A DNA stretch of 64,000 bases from Gammaproteobacteria bacterium (GTDB lineage Bacteria; Pseudomonadota; Gammaproteobacteria; UBA4575). The translations under genes were made by a program, and so were the position numbers. The notes below the pieces were generated by a model that worked only from the letters and a program-made list of their open reading frames with translations, had not been told where the DNA came from and ran no database searches. Shown piece after piece: positions 53,938 to 64,000 of this stretch (within the stretch, counting starts at the first letter, position 1; every line of letters starts with the position of its first letter). Where the stretch lies: positions 832,001 through 896,000 of the forward strand of contig CBDCUI010000009.1 in the NCBI GenBank assembly GCA_965222615.1, given 5' to 3'.

Positions 53938-54294
53938 TTAGCGAAGTTTTAAAATATAGCTTTTTTTGTTTTCACCTGTTTCAGAGCAAACCGCCACAAT
54001 AATTACTTCATTGAGCTCCTTTGGGATACTGACCCCTAGAAGATTACGCGTGAACGGCTGTTCTTTGTCATGTGGATGATGAAGAACACGTTCTCCAATT
54101 AACTCACCATCAGGAGAATAAATTCGCCATGCATTTGCAAAATGCTCCCAGCCTGTATCCGCATGTTTTATGGTTACTGAGATATTATATTTTTGTGCTG
54201 GAGTGAGTTCAGCTTTAACTTCGACAATTTCTGCATCACTAGCAAAACCCTTTGTCGTTAGTACAATGATAAATAGTATTAATAAAATTCTCAT
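53938..54294 (-). CDS. Conserved exported hypothetical protein
   Basis: Signal-peptide-like N-terminus; HADTGWEHFANAW, RVLHHPHDKEQPFTR His-rich motif. Confidence 0.75.
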   Translation of the reverse strand: MRILLILFIIVLTTKGFASDAEIVEVKAELTPAQKYNISVTIKHADTGWEHFANAWRIYSPDGELIGERVLHHPHDKEQPFTRNLLGVSIPKELNEVIIVAVCSETGENKKSYILKLR

Positions 54295-54296
54295 AA

Positions 54297-54719
54297 CTAT
54301 TCCGTAGCAAAAATTTGTTTCATATCTTTAAACGATTTGAATTCTAAATAATTATTGCTTGGATCTTGTATAAACATAGTGGCTTGTTCACCAACCTGTC
54401 CTTTAAAGCGGATACATGGTTCGATATGAAATTTGACCTTTTCGCGTTTCAAACGTTCCGCTAAATGCTCCCACTCCCCCCAATTTAAAACGATACCAAA
54501 ATGCCGTACAGGTACATCATGCTCATCAACAGGATTCGATGGGGTAAACATGTCCTCATGGTCGTATAGATGTGCACTGATTTGATGTCCATAAAAATTA
54601 AAATCAATCCAGCGTTTATCCTCACGACCTACCTTACAGCCTAAAACCTCTACATAAAATTCTCGAGTCTTTTCTATGTCAAATACTGGAAAGGCTAAAT
54701 GAAATATAGAGCTAGGCAT
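54297..54719 (-). CDS. VOC/glyoxalase family protein
   Basis: FHLAFPV, DFNFYGHQ, RHFG, DPSNNYLEFK. Confidence 0.9.
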   Translation of the reverse strand: MPSSIFHLAFPVFDIEKTREFYVEVLGCKVGREDKRWIDFNFYGHQISAHLYDHEDMFTPSNPVDEHDVPVRHFGIVLNWGEWEHLAERLKREKVKFHIEPCIRFKGQVGEQATMFIQDPSNNYLEFKSFKDMKQIFATE

Positions 54720-54721
54720 GA

Positions 54722-55414
54722 TTACAAATACTTTTTTTGTTTTGGCTTTGAAGCCACATTATCTCTTAAATATACTGGTAATGCCTCAACTGCAGAAACT
54801 GCTTTTCCTTGCTGAAAATAGTAGTTCCCTAAATGAGCAATATACTCCGCCTGAGGAAATACCTTCCCATCATAAGAAATCTGCGCGCCACAACGATGTT
54901 GTAAAACTTCGGCATATTTTAACCAACCACTACCGGCACCAATACAATTTTCATCAATATCCATGTTTATCATTTCAGGTTGGATCACCTGTTCAGGTTC
55001 TACGATTTGCATAATATTGTCTTTGTTTAGTGAAAATAAACCAATATACACTTCATCCATTCTGGCATCGATGCAAGACAACACTTGTGTAGCCTGTTTA
55101 GTTTGGTATATCGCTTGTGCCATCGCCGCCAAAGAGGATATTGGCACTACAGGCAAATCATGCGCGAGTGCAACACCTTGAGTGACACTTGCGGCTAAGC
55201 GAACTCCCGTAAATGCACCCGGGCCACGCCCAAAGGCCATAGCATCTAACTGAGAGAGTTTTATCTGCCCCTGTGCAAGCACTTGTTCGCACATTGGCAG
55301 AATGATTTCATTATGCCTACGAGGTGCTATTTCACTCACTGCAAATATTTCTTTATCTAGTAATAATGCAGCAGAACACGATTCCGTAGCAGTCTCAACA
55401 GCAAGTAGCTTCAT
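54722..55414 (-). CDS. tsaB: t6A biosynthesis protein TsaB
   Basis: AVETATESCS, GRGPGAFTGVR, IDARMDEVY, PVYLRD. Confidence 0.96.
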   Translation of the reverse strand: MKLLAVETATESCSAALLLDKEIFAVSEIAPRRHNEIILPMCEQVLAQGQIKLSQLDAMAFGRGPGAFTGVRLAASVTQGVALAHDLPVVPISSLAAMAQAIYQTKQATQVLSCIDARMDEVYIGLFSLNKDNIMQIVEPEQVIQPEMINMDIDENCIGAGSGWLKYAEVLQHRCGAQISYDGKVFPQAEYIAHLGNYYFQQGKAVSAVEALPVYLRDNVASKPKQKKYL

Positions 55415-57329
55415 TTAAAGTACCGCGCACTTCTAGAAAGTGTACTACATCATCTAAATTTGAAGTGACCAACATATTCGGAAGACTATTAATAAAATAT
55501 TTTCCATACGACTTGCTAGTCAACCTAGGGTCACATATGGCAACGACCCCATAGTCTTCTTCATCACGTATTAAACGTCCTACACCTTGCTTTAAAGCGA
55601 TAACAGCTTGCGGTAGTTGATAACTTATAAAAGGATTACTACCAGTTTGGCGTAATACTTGTAACCTACCTATCAAAACAGGATCATCCGGAGTCGCAAA
55701 TGGCAACTTATCTATGATGACACAACTTAATGCTTCGCCACGGATATCCACGCCTTCCCAAAAGCTGCTAGTACCCAACAATACTGCATTATTTGTTTTT
55801 GCAAATTGATTAAGTAACTCGCGGCGTGGCGCCTCGCCTTGTACAAGTATGGAAAATTCATCATGTTCAATTAAATACTCGGCAGCAATACGCAAGGCAC
55901 GATGACTAGTAAATAATAAAAAAGCCCGGCCTCGATTTATTTCTAAAATAGGCAATATTGCGTCAAGCACTTCTTGCGTGTAATTTTTATCATTCGGCTG
56001 TGCTTCTATCTCTGGTAAAAATAATCGTGTATTACATTGATAGTCATAAGGACTATCCAACATAATAGTTTCAGCCTCGTTTAAGCCAAGTTGATTTTGA
56101 AAATGCTCAAATTTTGTGTTTACCGTTAAGGTTGCTGATGTAAATATCCAGCCACATTGGTAACGATCTATAAAAGCTTGGAAAGAATCAGCTACTACTA
56201 ATGGGGTACTGTGTAACTTAAAACCTCGCTCGAAACTTTCTAACCAGTTAATCATACCTTCTTGCTTTTCTGAAATCACAGTTAGTGCATATTCGATTCG
56301 TTCACATCTTTCCAAACATTTTGCTAACTGTTTACCTAGATCACTAATTTTTACGAGTTTTTCTGAAAGATTATTAAGTGATTTACATAATGCATTAAAT
56401 GCATCTTCTATTTTCGCTACAGTAATTACTTCATGCCATGGTTTTCGCTCACTAAGACCGACTAAGGATAATTGGAAATCTGCAGTACATTTTTTCAGCT
56501 CATCAATTACCTGACGAATTTGTTGTGCATCCGGCGCTTCTTCTAACTGTGCTTCAATTACATCCTTTTGCAAATCTTTGAGCTGGCGACTACTAATCGA
56601 TGTCGCCAGAAAAGTACTCGCTAGCTCTGGTAATTGATGTGCCTCATCAAATATAAAGGCTTGTGCAGAAGGTAATAATTCACCAAAACCTTCTTCCTTT
56701 AACGCCAAATCTGCAAAAAATAAATGGTGGTTTATGATAACTACATCTGCCTTTTGTGCTTTCTGCCTAGCCTTAACCACATAACATTGTTGATAGCTGG
56801 GACACTCTGATCCTAAACAATTATCTAATGTTGAAGTCACACTAGTCCAAATCGAATCACTTTCATTTATTTCGGAAAGTTCAGCAATCTCGCCAGACTT
56901 CGTTAATTGTGACCAGTCCTTTACAAATTGTATTTTTTCAGCGTAACGATTGTTGTGTTGCTGTATATGAGACGCATGGTGTTCTAAGCGATACAAACAA
57001 AGATAGTTAGCCCGACCCTTAAGTAAGGACGTAGTAATGGGTAGCTTCAAAATATCGAGTATGGCCGGTAAGTCTTTGAAATATAGCTGATCTTGTAAGT
57101 GCTTGGTACCGGTGGAGATGACTACTTTCTTATTCGATAATAAAACTGGAATCAAGTAGGCAAATGTTTTCCCTACCCCAGTACCGGCCTCGATGATCAA
57201 CTGATTAAAATTATTAAGTGCTGTTTCGACTGCTACAGCCATATGTTGTTGTTGTGGACGATGTTTAAAGTCCTCCAGCTTTTGAGACAGTAGCCCTGTA
57301 GGACTAAATATTTCTTCACTGTGCAACAT
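55395..57329 (-). CDS. yoaA: YoaA/DinG family Fe-S DNA helicase
   Basis: EAGTGVGKT, KGRANYLC, DEAH, FWEGVD, KQGVGRLIR; upstream of tsaB. Confidence 0.9.
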   Translation of the reverse strand: MLHSEEIFSPTGLLSQKLEDFKHRPQQQHMAVAVETALNNFNQLIIEAGTGVGKTFAYLIPVLLSNKKVVISTGTKHLQDQLYFKDLPAILDILKLPITTSLLKGRANYLCLYRLEHHASHIQQHNNRYAEKIQFVKDWSQLTKSGEIAELSEINESDSIWTSVTSTLDNCLGSECPSYQQCYVVKARQKAQKADVVIINHHLFFADLALKEEGFGELLPSAQAFIFDEAHQLPELASTFLATSISSRQLKDLQKDVIEAQLEEAPDAQQIRQVIDELKKCTADFQLSLVGLSERKPWHEVITVAKIEDAFNALCKSLNNLSEKLVKISDLGKQLAKCLERCERIEYALTVISEKQEGMINWLESFERGFKLHSTPLVVADSFQAFIDRYQCGWIFTSATLTVNTKFEHFQNQLGLNEAETIMLDSPYDYQCNTRLFLPEIEAQPNDKNYTQEVLDAILPILEINRGRAFLLFTSHRALRIAAEYLIEHDEFSILVQGEAPRRELLNQFAKTNNAVLLGTSSFWEGVDIRGEALSCVIIDKLPFATPDDPVLIGRLQVLRQTGSNPFISYQLPQAVIALKQGVGRLIRDEEDYGVVAICDPRLTSKSYGKYFINSLPNMLVTSNLDDVVHFLEVRGTLNEATCC

Positions 57330-57360
57330 TTAGAACTTATACGTCTTAGACTAGAATTTA

Positions 57361-57837
57361 TTATTCTTGCAATAGCAAAGCAACTGCAAAAGCAGCAACA
57401 CCCTCGCCTCTGCCAATAAAACTCATACCTTCGTTAGTAGTTGCCTTGATATTCACATTTTGTCCAGAAGTCTTTAGAAGTTTGCTGATGTTTTCTTTTA
57501 TATAGGGAATATGTTCAACCAATTTCGGTCTCTCTAAAACTACAGTACAATCTACATTGCTCACATAACATTTTATGTTTTCAAGTTCTTGAATAACTTT
57601 TTCTAATAATTCACTACTATCAATATCTTTATAGGCAGGATCTGAATCGGGGAAATGATTACCGATATCGCCCAACCCTGCAGCACCTAAAAGCGCATCA
57701 CATATTGCATGCAAAAGTACATCACCATCAGAATGCGCATCAATACCCTGACTAAATATTATTTTTTCACCACCAATTAATATATGATCGCCTTCAGTGA
57801 AGCGATGTGTGTCATAACCAAAACCGACTTTAATCAT
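57361..57837 (-). CDS. ispF: MEcPP synthase
   Basis: GYDTH, HSDGDVLLHA, GDIGNHFP, KATTNE. Confidence 0.97.
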   Translation of the reverse strand: MIKVGFGYDTHRFTEGDHILIGGEKIIFSQGIDAHSDGDVLLHAICDALLGAAGLGDIGNHFPDSDPAYKDIDSSELLEKVIQELENIKCYVSNVDCTVVLERPKLVEHIPYIKENISKLLKTSGQNVNIKATTNEGMSFIGRGEGVAAFAVALLLQE

Positions 57838-57970
57838 TTTTCAAAAAGCACCTTTTATTCCAATGCTTTAATGCAGTATTTTTTATGAGATTCATTTATA
57901 TATTTGCAAGCTCCTTTTTTCAAAAAGGCTACGTCTTGTTTTAAAACAAGATCCACTATTTTTAGCTCTT

Positions 57971-58708
57971 CTATACATTATCTTCACTATGAATAGAGTT
58001 CAGAATGAAACTTGCTTGTTTTAAATCCTCTTTACAGGTGATCTTAATATTATCACTTCTACCTTCGATTAATTTTACTTTAAAGTTAAGCGCTTCCATT
58101 GCTGAGGCTTCATCGGTTACATTAATTTTGTTGACAAAACAATAATCCAGTGCTTGCTTAAGTTTGCTGATACGAAACATTTGTGGAGTATAGGCTTTCC
58201 AAATATGTACGCGATCAAGCGTCTTGTTTACAACCAAGTCTCCAGCTTCATTTTCGGACTGTTTAACTGTGTCATGTACGCGAGAAGCTAATATCCCTCC
58301 CACCTCATCCTGTAGTAGGCTATTTATTAATAAATCCAAGTCGGAATAACATAAACATGGTCTAGCTGCATCATGCACTAAAACAAAGTCTTCAGGAGTA
58401 GATTTTTCCTGCAATTTATTTAATGCATTTTTTACCGACAACGCCCGGCTGCTGCCCCCTATTACCGTTTCGATCTTATCATGGTCAGCAATCGATAAGC
58501 CTTGCCAATTTTGGTCATCAGCACGTATCGCTACATAAATACCGGTTATTTGCGGATGTTGCAGAAAACCAGCGATAGAAGTCTCTATAACAGTTGATGA
58601 TAATAGTGGCAGGTAGGTTTTTGGCAGCTCAGTCCCCATGCGCCGACTGCTACCAGCAGCCGGGATTATGGCCCAGCAACGGGTTTGCCGATCTTGTTCA
58701 TCATTCAC
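57971..58708 (-). CDS. ispD: MEP cytidylyltransferase
   Basis: PAAGSSRRMG, VHDAARP, TPQMF, NIKIT. Confidence 0.96.
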   Translation of the reverse strand: MNDEQDRQTRCWAIIPAAGSSRRMGTELPKTYLPLLSSTVIETSIAGFLQHPQITGIYVAIRADDQNWQGLSIADHDKIETVIGGSSRALSVKNALNKLQEKSTPEDFVLVHDAARPCLCYSDLDLLINSLLQDEVGGILASRVHDTVKQSENEAGDLVVNKTLDRVHIWKAYTPQMFRISKLKQALDYCFVNKINVTDEASAMEALNFKVKLIEGRSDNIKITCKEDLKQASFILNSIHSEDNV

Positions 58709-58994
58709 CAGAATCTTTGTCGTTATTTTCTACAATATGAATAAAGGTTTCATCTTTTTTGATCATACCTAATTCATTTCTGGCACGTTCTTCAATAGCT
58801 TCCAGACCTGTTTTCAAATCCTCAACCTCAGCCTCTAACACAACATTACGTTGTTCAACCACTTCGTTCTTACTGCGCTGTTCCTTTACAGTTTGGCGCA
58901 GCTCGATTACTTCTCGAACACTCCCATCTCCAAACCATAGCTTGAATTGCATAATCAGTAACAACAAGCTCAATATTAAAATAAATATTTTCAT
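58701..58994 (-). CDS. ftsB: Cell division protein FtsB
   Basis: LWFGDG, coiled coil, EERARNELGMIK; eno-ftsB-ispD order. Confidence 0.95.
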   Translation of the reverse strand: MKIFILILSLLLLIMQFKLWFGDGSVREVIELRQTVKEQRSKNEVVEQRNVVLEAEVEDLKTGLEAIEERARNELGMIKKDETFIHIVENNDKDSGE

Positions 58995-60299
<1,305 letters not shown>

Positions 60300-60325
60300 T
60301 TATTTTTTTATTGAGCAAGGATTAT

Positions 60326-61153
60326 TTAATTCTCTATAAAACCGTTGCGTTTCACTAATTGGTCAATTTCTTTTAGGCTTTGTAAAAGCGGCTTCATCTT
60401 GGATAAAGGCCAAGAATTGAGGCCGTCACTCTTTGCGGCATCTGGATTAGGATGCGTTTCCATAAATAGTCCAGATATACCACTTGCTACTGCAGCTCGA
60501 GCCAACACTGGAACAAATTCGCGTTGACCACCGGAACTTGCGCCTTCACCGCCAGGCAATTGTACTGAATGAGTTGCATCGAATACCACAGGACACCTTG
60601 TATCACGCATGATTACAAGTGATCGCATATCCGAGACTAAATTATTATAGCCAAACGAAACGCCGCGCTCACATACTAAAATTTCTTCATTTCCTTGTGC
60701 TTTGGCTTTGTCCACTACATTTTTCATTTCAGCAGGAGATAAAAATTGGCCTTTCTTGATATTCATCGGTTGCATACATGCTGCGACACGCTGAATAAAA
60801 TTTGTCTGTCTACATAAAAATGCTGGAGTTTGTAAAACATCTACTACATCTGCCACTTCTTGCAACGGGGTATCTTCATGCACATCTGTTAAAACAGGCA
60901 AACCTAACTCCTTTTTAACTTGCGCTAAAATATGTAGACCCTTATCTATACCCAAACCTCGAAAACTTTTCGCAGAAGAGCGATTGGCTTTGTCAAAAGA
61001 AGATTTATAAATAAATGGAATTTGTAACTCTTGCGTAATCTCTTGTAGCTGCCCTGCTGTCTCACGAGCGAGTTCCATACTTTCGATGACACATGGTCCT
61101 GCAATTAAAAAAAAGGGCTGCTTTAGCCCTACATCATTACCACAAAGTTTCAT
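60326..61153 (-). CDS. kdsA: KDO8P synthase
   Basis: [26 protein letters not shown]. Confidence 0.97.
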   Translation of the reverse strand: MKLCGNDVGLKQPFFLIAGPCVIESMELARETAGQLQEITQELQIPFIYKSSFDKANRSSAKSFRGLGIDKGLHILAQVKKELGLPVLTDVHEDTPLQEVADVVDVLQTPAFLCRQTNFIQRVAACMQPMNIKKGQFLSPAEMKNVVDKAKAQGNEEILVCERGVSFGYNNLVSDMRSLVIMRDTRCPVVFDATHSVQLPGGEGASSGGQREFVPVLARAAVASGISGLFMETHPNPDAAKSDGLNSWPLSKMKPLLQSLKEIDQLVKRNGFIEN

Positions 61154-61168
61154 GAATCAATATACGAA

Positions 61169-62971
<1,803 letters not shown>

Positions 62972-62998
62972 TCACCACAATCCATAATATGTGTGATT

Positions 62999-64000
62999 TC
63001 ACACCGTTTCGGATGTTTGACAATAATCTGCAGCATTCCAATAGCCTAACACCGAAATTAGCTGATCCTGATAATATAATAAGGGAATGCGATCCCGCTC
63101 CCATGGCGGGATGCTTGCCTCTTGGAATAGGTTTTTCAAAGACCTATGGTGATTACTTCCAAAAGGCTTGAGGCTTTCACCACCCCGGCGAAAGCCTACT
63201 TTTAATGCCTTTGCATGAGGTGGCAACCTTATTCCATAACGATCTATGTCTGCTGGTTGTAATGTATACTCGATACTTTTGATATGAAGTGGTTGTTTAA
63301 TATCCCATTGAAATTCTTGCTCAGTATCATGCCCAGATAGCGGCTTCATTAAATATAGTTGCTGCCGATAACGACGCAACTCACCATCTGCCCAAGTTTG
63401 CACAGGTGAAGATTCCACTTCATCCTTGAATACGATATCCGTACAAATTTGATCCAGTATTTTTCTGCTTGGCACCCGCATCGCATGATCTTGTATCCAG
63501 CCACGCAATGCGTTCTTTACTCTGACTGAGCTTAATGCTTGCAAAGCCTTCACATTTAATACATTTGATTGTTCAGTATGAGCTGCTTGCAAGTCTATAC
63601 TTGCCAGAGCTTTGAGGCATTGCATTGCATCTGCTTGTAACTCAACAGCGCGCGTAAGCGTTTGCAATGCACTCGGCCATCGTTCAATAAGCTTGGGCAA
63701 GATTTTTTTGCGTAAATAGTTTCGATTAAAACTTATTGAGTCGTTTGATGCATCTTCTACCCAATGCAGTTGATGAGCTTGCGCATAATCTAATAAATCT
63801 GAACGTGTATAGTCCAATAAAGGACGTAGATGTTTACCACCATCGGTCTCGCGTTGATAAGACATCGCCGCCAATCCTGCTGGGCCAGCGCCACGCAATA
63901 ACTGTAGCAGTAATGTTTCTACTAAATCATTTTTATGGTGTGCAGTGACTAGACTATATTTATCTTCAACAAATTTAAATAATAGTTTATATCTCTCATT
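62999..64000 (-). CDS. tilS: tRNA(Ile)-lysidine synthetase (5' truncated by window)
   Basis: Frame open to base 64000: TAHHKNDLVET.LLQLLRG, RPLL, EDASN, RNYLR, PPWER. Confidence 0.93.
   Translation of the reverse strand, partial: NERYKLLFKFVEDKYSLVTAHHKNDLVETLLLQLLRGAGPAGLAAMSYQRETDGGKHLRPLLDYTRSDLLDYAQAHQLHWVEDASNDSISFNRNYLRKKILPKLIERWPSALQTLTRAVELQADAMQCLKALASIDLQAAHTEQSNVLNVKALQALSSVRVKNALRGWIQDHAMRVPSRKILDQICTDIVFKDEVESSPVQTWADGELRRYRQQLYLMKPLSGHDTEQEFQWDIKQPLHIKSIEYTLQPADIDRYGIRLPPHAKALKVGFRRGGESLKPFGSNHHRSLKNLFQEASIPPWERDRIPLLYYQDQLISVLGYWNAADYCQTSETV

Noticed and set aside
55395-57329. DinG helicase as a type IV CRISPR or defence component
   Set aside because: Housekeeping YoaA in the usual yoaA-tsaB context

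Overview
Gammaproteobacterial chromosomal window, mostly housekeeping genes in conserved order: aroC-leuCDB-asd-fimV-truA-trpFBA-accD-folC-dedD-cvpA-purF (minus strand), SCO-psd, epmA-efp-epmB, a FimW/FimX-like c-di-GMP pair, parE-parC-htpX, an AddA-like helicase-nuclease, xerD-dsbC, lptFG, pepA-holC-valS and tilS-pyrG-kdsA-eno-ftsB-ispD-ispF-yoaA-tsaB. I saw no rRNA, tRNA, CRISPR array, cas gene or recognisable defence system. The unusual signal is mostly non-coding. (1) The first 2.4 kb is a run of small co-oriented accessory genes punctuated by a ~30-bp imperfect palindrome and attC-like remnants. (2) A hairpin-dense 0.8-kb intergenic region (30150-30974) carries three copies of a ~50-bp double-hairpin repeat. 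(3) There are three copies of a MITE family, one with a nested 70-bp element, plus a second MITE type. (4) An apparently intact IS481-family element with a 5-bp target duplication sits 44 bp upstream of valS. All calls come from reading the sequence and recalled family motifs; no searches were run, and I cannot establish a new system from this window alone.
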